Source of the DNA: the human T2T-CHM13v2.0 reference genome, Homo sapiens
Assembly (NCBI RefSeq): GCF_009914755.1
Contig: NC_060948.1
Length of the DNA: 64,000 bases
Reading direction: 5' to 3' (one strand)
Shown here: positions 14,901-29,900 of the stretch, one piece after another
Numbering within the stretch: the stretch's first letter is position 1
Layout of the letters: each line of letters begins with the position of its first letter
Position numbers and translations under genes: made by a program
The notes under the pieces: generated by a model
The model's input: only the letters and a program-made list of their open reading frames with translations
Databases searched by the model: none
What the model was told of the DNA's origin: nothing

Positions 14901-17900
14901 ACTCCAATGGAATGGAATCGAATGGAAGGGAATCGAACGGAATGGACTCGAAGGGAAAAGACTGCAATGGAAAGGTCTCGAATGGAATGGAAATTAATGG
15001 AATGGAATGGAATTGAATGAAATGGAGTCAAAAGGAATGGAATCGAATGGCAAGAAATCGAATGTAATGGAATCGCAAGGAATTGATGTAAACGGAACGG
15101 AATGGAATGGAATCCAAAGGAATGGAATAGAATGGAATGGAATCGAATGGAAAGGACTCGAATGGAAATCACTCGAATAGAATGCAATTTAATAAAATAG
15201 GATCAAATGTAATGGAATGGAATGGAAAGGAATCGAAACGAAAGGAATGGAGACAGATGGAATGGAATGGAACAGAGAGCAATGGTATAGAATGGAATGG
15301 AATCATCTGGAATGGAATGGAATAATATGAAATGGAATGGAATGGAATGGAATGGAATGCCCTTGAATTAAATGGACTGGAATGGAATGGACTCGAACAG
15401 AGTGGAATGGAAAGTGTTGAGATAGAATGGAATGGACTCGTTTGGAATGGTCTAGTATGCAATGCAATCGACTGGCAGGGAATCAAAAGGAATGTAATCG
15501 AATGGATTGGACTGGAATGCAATGGACTCGAATAGATTGGAAACGGAATGCAAAGGAATGGAATAGAATAGTATGGAATGGAATGGAAAGGAATGGAGTG
15601 GAATAGACTAGAGTGGAATGGAATGGACTGGAAAGCAATGGACTGGAATGGAACTTTCTTGAATGGACTGGAATCAAACGGAATGAAATGCAATGCAATC
15701 AAATGGCATGGAATAAAATAGAATGAAAGAGAATCAAATGGAATTGAATCGAATGGAATCGAATGGATTGGAAAGGAATAGAATGGAATGGAATGGAATT
15801 GACTCAAATGGAATGGACTAGAATGGAATGGATTCGAATGGAAGGCAAAGGAATGGAATCTATTGGAATGGACTGTAATGGAATGGAATGGAAGGGATTG
15901 GAATGGACTCGAATGGAATGGACTGCAATAGAAAGGATTCGAATGGAATGAAAAAGAATTGAATGGAATAGAACAGAATGGAATCAAATCGAATGAAATG
16001 GAATGGAATAGAAAGGAATGGAATGAAATGGAATGGAAAGGATTCGAATGGAATGCAATCGAATGGAATGGAATCGAACGGAATGGAATAAAATGGAAGA
16101 AAACTGGCAAGAAATGGAATCGAAATGAATGGAGTGTTATGGAACGGACTCAAAAGGAATTGAATGTAATAGAATGGAGTGGAGTGGACTCGAATATAAT
16201 GGACTGGAATGGAATGAAATCACATGGAATGGGAACGAATGGAATGGAATGGAAAGGAATGGAATGGAATGGAAAGGAATCGAATGGAAGGGAATGAAAT
16301 TGAATCAACAGGAATGGAAGGGAATAGAATAGACGGTAATGGAATGGACTCGAATAGAATGGACACGAATGCTCAAATTGAATGGACTCGAATGGAATGG
16401 AAACGAAAGGAATGTCATCGAATGGAATTGAATCGATTGGAATGAAATCGCATAGAATGGAGTGGAATCAAATGGAATTGAATCGAAAGGAAAGGAAGCG
16501 AATGGACTGAAATGAAATGGAATGGAATTGAATGGAAAGTAATGCAATGGAATAGAATGGAACGAAATTTCACGGAATGGAATCAAACTGAATGGAATCT
16601 AATCAATGGAATCCAATCAAATGGAACGGAGTAGATTGGATTGGATGGGATTGGAATGAAATGTACTGGAAAGGACTCGAATTTCATGAAACGGAATGGA
16701 ATGAATTGGAACGGAATGGACTCGAATGGAATGGAATGTCATGGAATGGCATCAAATGGAATGGCATCAAATGGAATGGAATCGAATGCAATGGAATGCT
16801 ATGGAATGGAATGGAATGCATTGGAATGGAATGTCCTCTAATGGAATGGATTCGAGTGGAATGGAATCGAATACAATGGAGTCGAATGAAATGGAATTGA
16901 AAGGAATGGGATCGAATACAATGGAATATACTGGAATGTAATGTAATGAACTCGAATGTAATTGACTGGAATGGAATGTACATGAATGGAATGTAATCGA
17001 ATGGAAAGTAATCCAATGGAATAGAATCTAATGCAATAAAATCGTCTCAGATAGAGTAGAATGTAATGGAATGGAGTGCAGTGCAATGGAATGGAATGGA
17101 ATGGAATGCAATGGAATGGAATGGAATGGAATGGAATGGAATGGAATGGAATGGAATGGAATGGGATGGAATGGTATGGAATGGATAGTAATGACTGGAG
17201 TGAAATGGACTGGAAAGGAATGGACTCAAATTGAAAGGGCTGGAAAGGAATGGAGTCAAATGGAATGGTCTGGAATGGAATGAACACGAAAGTAATGCAA
17301 TCCAATAGAATGGAATCGAATGGCATGGAATATAATGAAATGGAATCGAAGAGAATGGAAACAAATGGAATGGAATTGAATGGAATGGAATTGAATGGAA
17401 TGGGAACGAATGGAGTGAAATTGTATGCAGTAGAAGGGAATAGAATGGAATGCAAGTGAAAGGAAAGGAATGGATTGGAATGGAATGGAATTCATTGGAA
17501 TGGAAGGGAATGTAGTGTAATGGACAGGCCTGGAATAAAGTGGAATGCTACGGTCTCGAATGGAATAAAAATGTATGGAATGGAATGCAATGAAACGGAA
17601 TCGAATGTCATAGAATGTAATGGAATGCAAAAAAATGGAATCCAAAATCATTGACTGGAAAGGCTGGGTGTCGAAAGGAATTGACTCCAATGGAATGGAA
17701 TCGAATGGAATGGAAGTGAATAGAATCGAACTAAATCGAATGGAATGGAATTGATAGGAACGGAATGGAAAGGAATGCAATGATTTGGCACGGAATGGAA
17801 TCGAATGGCATCGAATGGAATGGAATGGAATGCAATTGAATGGAACGTATTAGAATGTAATGAACTTTAATGGAATGTACTCGAATGGATTCGACTGGAA

Positions 17901-20900
17901 TGGAATGTTCTGGAAGTGAATGGACTCCAATGGAATGGATACAAAAGGAATGGAATCGTACGGAATGGAATCTAATGGAATGGAATTAAATGGAAATGAA
18001 TCAAATTGAATAGCATGGAATTGAATTGAATGGAATCGAATGCAATGGAATCTAATGAAACGGAAAGGAAAGGAATGGAATGGAATGGAATGGGCTGGAA
18101 TGGAAAGGAATCGAAACGAATGGAATGGAATCGAACTGACGAGACTGGAATGGAATGCACTGGAATGGAAGGGAGTGTAATGGAAGGTTCTCGAAAAAAA
18201 TGGAATCGAATGGAATGGAATTGAATGGAACGGAATAGAGTCGAATGGAATTGAATGGAATGGAATTGACTAGAGTGAAATGGAATCGAACCACAAGGAA
18301 TGGACAGGAATAGAATGGTCTCGAATTGAATGGAATCGTATGGAATGGCATCAAACGGAATGGAATGGACAGCCACGGAATGGAATGCACTCGAAGGCAA
18401 TGGAGTCGAAACTAAAGGACTGGAATAGAATGGATTCGACTGGTACGGACTCCAATGGAATGGAATCGAATGGAAGGGAATCGAACGGAATGGACTCGAA
18501 GGGAAAAGACTGCAATGGAAAGGTCTCGAATGGAATGGAAATTAATGGAATGGAATGGAATTGAATGAAATGGAGTCAAAAGGAATGGAATCGAATGGCA
18601 AGAAATCGAATGTAATGGAATCGCAAGGAATTGATGTGAACGGAACGGAATGGAATGGAATCCAAAGGAATGGAATAGAATGGAATGGAATCGAATGGAA
18701 AGGACTCGAATGGAAATCACTCGAATAGAATGCAATTTAATAAAATAGGATCAAATGTAATGGAATGGAATGGAAAGGAATCGAAACGAAAGGAATGGAG
18801 ACAGATGGAATGGAATAGAACAGAGAGCAATGGTATAGAATGGAATGGAATCATCTGGAATGGAATTGAATGGAATGGAATAATATGAAATGGAATGGAA
18901 TGGAATGGAATGGAATGCCCTTGAATTAAATGGACTGGAATGGAATGGACTCGAACAGAGTGGAATGGAAAGTGTTGAGATAGAATGGAATGGACTCGTT
19001 TGGAATGGTCTAGTATGCAATGCAATCGACTGGCAGGGAATCAAAAGGAATGTAATGGAATGGATTGGACTGGAATGCAATGGACTCGAATAGATTGGAA
19101 ACGGAATGCAAAGGAATGGAATGGAATAGTATGGAATGGAATGGAAAGGAATGGAGTGGAATAGACTAGAGTGGAATGGAATGGACTGGAAAGCAATAGA
19201 CTGGAATGGAACTTTCTTGAATGGACTGGAATCAAACGGAATGGAATGCAATGCAATCAAATGGCATGGAATAAAATAGAATGAAAGAGAATCAAATGGA
19301 ATTGAATCGAATGGAATCGAATGGATTGGAAAGGAATAGAATGGAATGGAATGGAATTGACTCAAATGGAATGGACTAGAATGGAATGGATTCGAATGGA
19401 AGGCAAAGGAATGGAATCTATTGGAATGGACTGTAATGGAATGGAATGGAAGGGATTGGAATGGACTCGAATGGAATGGACTGCAATAGAAAGGATTCGA
19501 ATGGAATGAAAAAGAATTGAATGGAATAGAACAGAATGGAATCAAATCGAATGAAATGGAATGGAATAGAAAGGAATGGAATGAAATGGAATGGAAAGGA
19601 TTCGAATGGAATGCAATCGAATGGAATGGAATCGAACGGAATGGAATAAAATGGAAGAAAACTGGCAAGAAATGGAATCGAAATGAATGGAGTGTTATGG
19701 AACGGACTCAAAAGGAATTGAATGTAATAGAATGGAGTGGAGTGGACTCGAATATAATGGACTGGAATGGAATGAAATCACATGGAATGGGAACGAATGG
19801 AATGGAATGGAAAGGAATGGAATCAAATGGAAAGGAATCGAATGGAAGGGAATGAAATTGAATCAACAGGAATGGAAGGGAATAGAATAGACGGTAATGG
19901 AATGGACTCGAATAGAATGGACACGAATGCTCAAATTGAATGGACTCGAATGGAATGGAAACGAAAGGAATGTCATCGAATGGAATTGAATCGATTGGAA
20001 TGAAATCGCATAGAATGGAGTGGAATCAAATGGAATTGAATCGAAAGGAAAGGAAGCAAATGGACTGAAATGAAATGGAATGGAATTGAATGGAAAGCTA
20101 TGTAATGGAATAGAATGGAACGAAATTTCACGGAATGGAATCAAACTGAATGGAATCAAATCAATGGAATCAAATCAAATGGAATGGAAAGGAATTGAAT
20201 GGAGTAGATTGGATTGGATGGGATTGGAATGAAATGTACTGGAAAGGACTCGAATTTCATGAAACGGAATGGAATGAATTGGAACGGAACGGAGTCGAAT
20301 GGAATGGAATGTCATGGAATGGCATCAAATGGAATGGCATGAAATGGAATGGAATCGAATGCAATGGAATGCTATGGAATGGAATGGAATGCATTGGAAT
20401 GGAATGTCCTCTAATGGAATGGATTCGAGTGGAATGGAATCGAATATAATGGAGTCGAATGAAATGGAATTGAAAAGAATGGGATCGAATACAATGGAAT
20501 ATACTGGAATGTAATGTAATGAACTCGAATTTAATTGACTGGAATGGAATGTACATGAATGGAATGTAATCGAATGGAAAGTAATCCAATGGAATAGAAT
20601 CTAATGCAATAAAATCGACTCAGATAGAGTAGAATGTAATGGAATGGAGTGCAGTGCAATGGAATGGAATGGAATGGAATGCAATGGAATGGAATGGAAT
20701 GGTATGGAATGGAATGGAATGGAATGGTGTGGAATGGATAGTAATGGACTGGAGTGAAATGGACTGGAAAGGAATGGACTCAAATTGAAAGGGCTCGAAA
20801 GGAATGGAGTCAAATGGAATGGTCTGGAATGGAATGAACACGAATGTAATGCAATCCAATAGAATGGAATCGAATGGCATGGAATATAAAGAAATGGAAT

Positions 20901-23900
20901 CGAAGAGAATGGAAACAAATGGAATGGAATTGAGTGGAATGGAATTGAATGGAATGGGAACGAATGGAGTGAAATTGTATGCAGTAGAAGAGAATAGAAT
21001 GGAATGCAAGCGAAAGGAAAGGAATGGATTGGAATGGAATGGAATTCATTGGAATGGAAGGGAATGTAGTGTAATGGACAGGCCTGGAATAAAGTGGAAT
21101 GCTACGGTCTCGAATGGAATAAAAATGTATGGAATGGAATGCAATGAAATGGAATCGAATGTCATAGAATGTAATGGAATGCAAAAAAATGGAATCCAAA
21201 ATCATTGACTGGAAAGGCTGGGTGTCGAAAGGAATTGACTCCAATGGAATGGAATCGAATGGAATGGAAGTGAATAGAATCGAACTAAATCGAATGGAAT
21301 GGAATTGATAGGAACGGAATGGAAAGGAATGCAATGATATGGCATGGAATGGAATCGAATGGCATCGAATGGAATGGAATGGAATGCAATGGAATGGAAT
21401 GTATTAGAATGTAATGAACTTTAATGGAATGTACTCGAATGGATTCGACTGGAATGGAATGTTCTGGAAGTGAATGGACTCCAATGGAATGGATTCAAAA
21501 GGAATGGAATCGTACGGAATGGAATCTAATGGAATGGAATTAAATGGAAATGAATCAAATTGAATAGCACGGAATTGAATTGAATGGAATGGAATGCAAT
21601 GGAATCTAATGAAACGGAAAGGAAAGGAATGGAATGGAATGGAATGGGCTGGAATGGAAAGGAATCGAAACGAATGGAATGGAATCGAACTGAAGAGACT
21701 GGAATGGAATGCACTGGAATGGAAGGGAGTGTAATGGAAGGTTCTCGGAAAAAATGGAATGGAATGGAATGGAATTGAATGGAACGGAATAGAGTCGAAT
21801 GGAATTGAATGGAATGGAATGGACTAGAGTGAAATGGAATCGAACCACAAGGAATGGACAGGAATAGAATGGTCTCGAATTGAATGGAATCGTATGGAAT
21901 GGCATCAAACGGAATGGAATGGACAGCCACGGAATGGAATGCACTCGAATGCAATGGAGTCGAAACTAATGGACTGGAATAGAATGGACTCGACTGGTAC
22001 GGACTCCAATGGAATGGAATCGAATGGAAGGGAATCGAACGGAATGGACTCGAAGGGAAAAGACTGCAATGGAAAGGTCTCAAATGGAATGGAAATTAAT
22101 GGAATGGAATGGAATCGAATGAAATGGAGTCAAAAGGAATGGAATCGAATGGCAAGAAATCGAATGTAATGGAATCGCAAGGAATTGATGTGAACGGAAC
22201 GGAATGGAATGGAATCCAAAGGAATGGAATAGAATGGAATGGAATCGAATGGAAAGGACTCGAATGGAAATCACTCGAATAGAATGCAATTTAATAAAAT
22301 AGGATCAAATGTAATGGAATGGAATGGAAAGGAATCGAAACGAAAGGAATGGAGACAGATGGAATGGAATAGAACAGAGAGCAATGGTATAGAATGGAAT
22401 GGAATCATCTGGAATGGAATTGAATGGAATGGAATAATATGAAATGGAATGGAATGGAATGGAATGGAATGCCCTTGAATTAAATGGACTGGAATGGAAT
22501 GGACTCGAACAGAGTGGAATGGAAAGTGTTGAGATAGAATGGAATGGAGTCCTTTGGAATGGTGTAGTATGCAATGCAATCGACTGGCAGGGAATCAAAA
22601 GGAATGTAATCGAATGGATTGGACTGGAATGCAATGGACTCGAATAGATTGGAAACGGAATGCAAAGGAATGGAATGGATTAGTATGGAATGGAATGGAA
22701 AGGAATGGAGTGGAATAGACTAGAGTGGAATGGAATGGACTGGAAAGCAATGGACTGGAATGGAACTTTCTTGAATGGACTGGAATCAAACGGAATGGAA
22801 TGCAATGCAATCAAATGGCATGGAATAAAATAGAATGAAAGAGAATCAAATGGAATTGAATCGAATGGAATCGAATGGATTGGAAAGGAATAGAATGGAA
22901 TGGAATGGAATGGACTAGAATGGAATGGATTCGAATGGAAGGCAAAGGAATGGAATCTATTGGAATGGACTGTAATGGAATGGAATGGAAGGGATTGGAA
23001 TGGACTCGAATGGAATGGACTGCAATAGAAAGGATTCGAATGGAATGAAAAAGAATTGAATGGAATAGAACAGAATGGAATCAAATCGAATGAAATGGAA
23101 TGGAATAGAAAGGAATGGAATGAAATGGAATGGAAAGGATTCGAATGGAATGCAATCGAATGGAATGGAATCGAACGGAATGGAATAAAATGGAAGAAAA
23201 CTGGCAAGAAATGGAATCGAAATGAATGGAGTGTTATGGAACGGACTCAAAAGGAATTGAATGTAATAGAATGGAGTGGAGTGGACTCGAATATAATGGA
23301 CTGGAATGGAATGAAATCACATGGAATGGGAACGAATGGAATGGAATGGAAAGGAATGGAATCGAATGGAAAGGAATCGAATGGAAGGGAATGAAATTGA
23401 ATCAACAGGAATGGAAGGGAATAGAATAGACGGTAATGGAATGGACTCGAATAGAATGGACACGAATGCTCAAATTGAATGGACTCGAATGGAATGGAAA
23501 CGAAAGGAATGTCATCGAATGGAATTGAATCGATTGGAATGAAATCGCATAGAATGGAGTGGAATCAAATGGAATTGAATCGAAAGGAAAGGAAGCGAAT
23601 GGACTGAAATGAAATGGAATGGAATTGAATGGAAAGTAATGCAATGGAAAAGAATGGAACGAAATTTCACAGAATGGAATCAAACTGAATGGAATCAAAC
23701 CAATGGAATCAAATCAAATGGAATGGAAAGGAATTGAATGGAGTAGGTTGGATTGGATGGGATTGGAATGAAATGTACTGGAAAGGACTCGAATTTCATG
23801 AAACAGAATGGAATGAATTGGAACGGAACGGACTCGAATGGAATGGAATGTCATGGAATGGCATCAAATGGAATGGCATCAAATGGAATGGAATCGAATG

Positions 23901-26900
23901 CAATGGAATGCTATGGAATGGAATGGAATGCATTGGAATGGAATGTCCTCTAATGGAATGGATTCGAGTGGAATGGAATCGAATATAATGGAGTCGAATG
24001 AAATGGAATTGAAAGGAATGGGATCAAATACAATGGAATATACTGGAATGTAATGTAATGAACTCGAATGTAATTGACTGGAATGGAATGTACATGAATG
24101 GAATGTAATCGAATGGAAAGTAATCCAATGGAATAGAATCTAATGCAATAAAATCGACTCAGATAGAGTAGAATGTAATGGAATGGAGTGCAGTGCAATG
24201 GAATGGAATGGAATGGAATGCAATGGAATGGAATGGAATGGAATGGAATGGAATGGAATGGAATGCAATGGAATGGAATGGAATGGAATGGAATGGAATG
24301 GTGTGGAATGGATAGTAATGGACTGGAGTGAAATGGACTGGAAAGGAATGGACTCAAATTGAATGGGCTCGAAAGGAATGGAGTCAAATGGAATGGTCTG
24401 GAATGGAATGAACACGAATGTAATGCAATCCAATAGAATGGAATCGAATGGCATGGAATATAAAGAAATGGAATCGAAGAGAATGGAAACAAATGGAATG
24501 GAATTGAGTGGAATGGAATTGAATGGAATGGGAACGAATGGAGTGAAATTGTATGCAGTAGGAGAGAATAGAATGGAATGCAAGCGAAAGGAAAGGAATG
24601 GATTGGAATGGAATGGAATTCATTGGAATGGAAGGGAATGTAGTGTAATGGACAGGCCTGGAATAAAGTGGAATGCTACGGTCTCGAATGGAATAAAAAT
24701 GTATGGAATGGAATGCAATGAAACGGAATCGAATGTCATAGAATGTAATGGAATGCAAAAAAATGGAATCCAAAATCATTGACTGGAAAGGCTGGGTGTC
24801 GAAAGGAATTGACTCCAATGGAATGGAATCGAATGGAATGGAAGTGAATAGAATCGAACTAAATCGAATGGAATGGAATTGATAGCAACGGAATGGAAAG
24901 GAATGCAATGATTTGGCATGGAATGGAATCGAATGGCATCGAATGGAATGGAATGGAATGCAATGGAATGGAATGTATTAGAATGTAATGAACTTTAATG
25001 GAATGTACTCGAATGGATTCGACTGGAATGGAATGTTGTGGAAGTGAATGGACTCCAATGGAAGGGATTCAAAAGGAATGGAATCGTACGGAATGGAATG
25101 TAATGGAATGGAATTAAATGGAAATGAATCAAATTGAATAGCACGGAATTGAATTGAATGGAATCGAATGCAATGGAATCTAATGAAACGGAAAGGAAAG
25201 GAATGGAATGGAATGGAATGGGCTGGAATGGAAAGGAATCGAAACGAATGGAATGGAATCGAACTGAAGAGACTGGAATGGAATGCACTGGAATGGAAGG
25301 GAGTGTAATGGAAGGTTCTCGAAAAAAATGGAATGGAATGGAATGGAATTGAATGGAACGGAATAGAGTCGAATGGAATTGAATGGAATGGAATGGACTA
25401 GAGTGAAATGGAATCGAACCACAAGGAATGGACAGGAATAGAATGGTCTCGAATTGAATGGAATCGTATGGAATGGCATCAAACGGAATGGAATGGACAG
25501 CCACGGAATGGAATGCACTCGAATGCAATGGAGTCGAAACTAATGGACTGGAATAGAATGGACTCGACTGGTACGGACTCCAATGGAATGGAATCGAATG
25601 GAAGGGAATCGAACGGAATGGACTCGAAGGGAAAAGACTGCAATGGAAAGGTCTCGAATGGAATGGAAATTAATGGAATGGAATGGAATCGAATGAAATG
25701 GAGTCAAAAGGAATGGAATCGAATGGCAAGAAATCGAATGTAATGGAATCGCAAGGAATTGATGTGAACGGAAAGGAATGGAATGGAATCCAAAGGAATG
25801 GAATAGAATGGAATGGAATCGAATGGAAAGGACTCGAATGGAAATCACTCGAATAGAATGCAGTTTAATAAAATAGGATCAAATGTAATGGAATGGAATG
25901 GAAAGGAATCGAAACGAAAGGAATGGAGACAGATGGAATGGAATGGAACAGAGAGCAATGGTATAGAATGGAATGGAATCATCTGGAATGGAATTGAATG
26001 GAATGGAATAATATGAAATGGAATGGAATGGAATGGAATGGAATGCCCTTGAATTAAATGGACTGGAATGGAATGGACTCGAACAGAGTGGAATGGAAAG
26101 TGTTGAGATAGAATGGAATGGACTCCTTTGGAATGGTCTAGTATGCAATGCAATCGACTGGTAGGGAATCAAAAGGAATGTAATCGAATGGATTGGACTG
26201 GAATGCAATGGACTCGAATAGATTGGAAACGGAATGCAAAGGAATGGAATGGAATAGTATGGAATGGAATGGAAAGGAATGGAGTGGAATAGACTAGAGT
26301 GGAATGGAATGGACTGGAAAGCAATGGACTGGAATGGAACTTTCTTGAATGGACTGGAATCAAACGGAATGGAATGCAATGCAATCAAATGGCATGGAAT
26401 AAAATAGAATGAAAGAGAATCAAATGGAATTGAATCGAATGGAATCGAATGGATTGGAAAGGAATAGAATGGAATGGAATGGAATTGACTCAAATGGAAT
26501 GGACTAGAATGGAATGGATTCGAATGGAAGGCAAAGGAATGGAATCTATTGGAATGGACTGTAATGGAATGGAATGGAAGGGATTGGAATGGACTCGAAT
26601 GGAATGGACTGCAATAGAAAGGATTCGAATGGAATGAAAAAGAATTGAATGGAATAGAACAGAATGGAATCAAATCGAATGAAATGGAATGGAATAGAAA
26701 GGAATGGAATGAAATGGAATGGAAAGGATTCGAATGGAATGCAATCGAATGGAATGGAATCGAACGGAATGGAATAAAATGGAAGAAAACTGTCAAGAAA
26801 TGGAATCGAAATGAATGGAGTGTTATGGAACGGACTCAAAAGGAATTGAATGTAATAGAATGGAGTGGAGTGGACTCGAATATAATGGACTGGAATGGAA

Positions 26901-29900
26901 TGAAATCACATGGAATGGGAACGAATGGAATGGAATGGAAAGGAATGGAATCGAATGGAAAGGAATCGAATGGAAGGGAATGAAATTGAATCAACAGGAA
27001 TGGAAGGGAATAGAATAGACGGTAATGGAATGGACTCGAATAGAATGGACACGAATGCTCAAATTGAATGGACTCGAATGGAATGGAAACGAAAGGAATG
27101 TCATCGAATGGAATTGAATCGATTGGAATGAAATCGCATAGAATGGAGTGGAATCAAATGGAATTGAATCGAAAGGAAAGGAAGCGAATGGACTGAAATG
27201 AAATGGAATGGAATTGAATGGAAAGTTATGTAATAGAATAGAATGGAACGAAATTTCGCGGAATGGAATCAAACTGAATGGAATCAAATCAATGGAATCA
27301 AATCAAATGGAATGGAAAGGAATTGAATGGAGTAGGTTGGATTGGATGGGATTGGAATGAAATGTACTGGAAAGGACTCGAATTTCATGAAACGGAATGC
27401 AATGAATTGGAACGGAACGGACACGAATGGAATGGAATGTCATGGAATGGCATCAAATGGAATGGCATCAAATGGAATGGAATCGAATGCAATGGAATGC
27501 TATGGAATGGAATGGAATGCATTGGAATGGAATGTCCTCTAATGGAATGGATTCGAGTGGAATGGAATCGAATATAATGGAGTCGAATGAAATGGAATTG
27601 AAAGGAATGGGATCGAATACAATGGAATATACTGGAACGTAATGTAATGAACTCGAATGTAATTGACTGGAATGGAATGTACATGAATGGAATGTAATCG
27701 AATGGAAAGTAATCCAATGGAATAGAATCTAATGCAATAAAATCGACTCAGATAGAGTAGAATGTAATGGAATGGAGTGCAGTGCCATGGAATGGAATGG
27801 AATGGAATGCAATGGAATGGAATGGAATGGAATGGAATGGGATGGAATGGTGTGGAATGGATAGTAATGGACTGGAGTGAAATGGACTGGAAAGGAATGG
27901 ACTCAAATTGAAAGGCCTGGAAAGGAATGGAGTCAAATGGAATGGTCTGGAATGGAATGAACACGAATGTAATGCAATCCAATAGAATGGAATCGAATGG
28001 CATGGAATATAAAGAAATGGAATCGAAGAGAATGGAAACAAATGGAATGGAATTGAATGGAATGGAATTGAATGGAATGGGAACGAATGGAGTGAAATTG
28101 TATGCAGTAGAAGGGAATAGAATGGAATGCAAGCGAAAGGAAAGGAATGGATTGGAATGGAATGGAATTCATTGGAATGGAAGGGAATGTAGTGTAATGG
28201 ACAGGCCTGGAATAAAGTGGAATGCTACGGTCTCGAATGGAATAAAAATGTATGGAATGGAATGCAATGAAACGGAATCGAATGTCATAGAATGTAATGG
28301 AATGCAAAAAAATGGAATCCAAAATCATTGACTGGAAAGGCTGGGTGTCGAAAGGAATTGACTCCAATGGAATGGAATCGAATGGAATGGAAGAGAATAG
28401 AATCGAACTAAATCGAATGGAATGGAATTGATAGGAACGGAATGGAAAGGAATGCAATGATTTCGCATGGAATGGAATCGAATGGCATCGAATGGAATGG
28501 AATGGAATGCAATGGAATGGAATGTATTAGAATGTAATGAACTTTAATGGAATGCACTCGAATGGAATCGACTGGAATGGAATGTTCTGGAAGTGAATGG
28601 ACTCCAATGGAATGGATTCAAAAGGAATGGAATCGTACGGAATGGAATCTAATGGAGTGGAATTAAATGGAAATGAATCAAACTGAATAGAACGGAATTG
28701 AATTGAATGGAATCGAATGCAATGGAATCTAATGAAACGGAAAGGAAAGGAATGGAATGGAATGGAATGGGCTGGAATGGAAAGGAATCGAAACGAATGG
28801 AATGGAATCGAACTGAAGAGACTGGAATGGAATGCACTGGAATGGAAGGGAGTGTAATGGAAGGTTCTCGAAAAAAATGGAATGGAATGGAATGGAATTG
28901 AATGGAACGGAATAGAGTCGAATGGAATTGAATGGAATGGAATGGACTAGAGTGAAATGGAATCGAACCACAAGGAATGGACAGGAATAGAATGGTCTCG
29001 AATTGAATGGAATCGTATGGAATGGCATCAAACGGAATGGAATGGACAGCCACGGAATGGAATGCACTCGAATGCAATGGAGTCGAAAATAATGGACTGG
29101 AATAGAATGGACTCGACTGGTACGGACTCCAATGGAATGGAATCGAATGGAAGGGAATCGAACGGAATGGACTCGAAGGGAAAAGACTGCAATGGAAAGG
29201 TCTCGAATGGAATGGAAATTAATGGAATGGAATGGAATCGAATGAAATGGAGTCAAAAGGAATGGAATCGAATGGCAAGAAATCGAATGTAATGGAATCG
29301 CAAGGAATTGATGTGAACGGAACGGAATGGAATGGAATCCAAAGGAATGGAATAGAATGGAATGGAATCGAATGGAAAGGACTCGAATGGAAATCACTCG
29401 AATAGAATGCAATTTAATAAAATAGGATCAAATGTAATGGAATGGAATGGAAAGGAATCGAAACGAAAGGAATGGAGACAGATGGAATGGAATGGAACAG
29501 AGAGCAATGGTATAGAATGGAATGGAATCATCTGGAATGGAATTGAATGGAATGGAATAATATGAAATGGAATGGAATGGAATGGAATGGAATGCCCTTG
29601 AATTAAATGGACTGGAATGGAATGGACTCGAACAGAGTGGAATGGAAAGTGTTGAGATAGAATGGAATGGACTCCTTTGGAATGGTGTAGTATGCAATGC
29701 AATCGACTGGCAGGGAATCAAAAGGAATGTAATCGAATGGATTGGACTGGAATGCAATGGACTCGAATAGATTGGAAACGGAATGCAAAGGAATGGAATG
29801 GAATAGTATGGAATGGAATGGAAAGGAATGGAGTGGAATAGACTAGAGTGGAATGGAATGGACTGGAAAGCAATGGACTGGAATGGAACTTTCTTGAATG

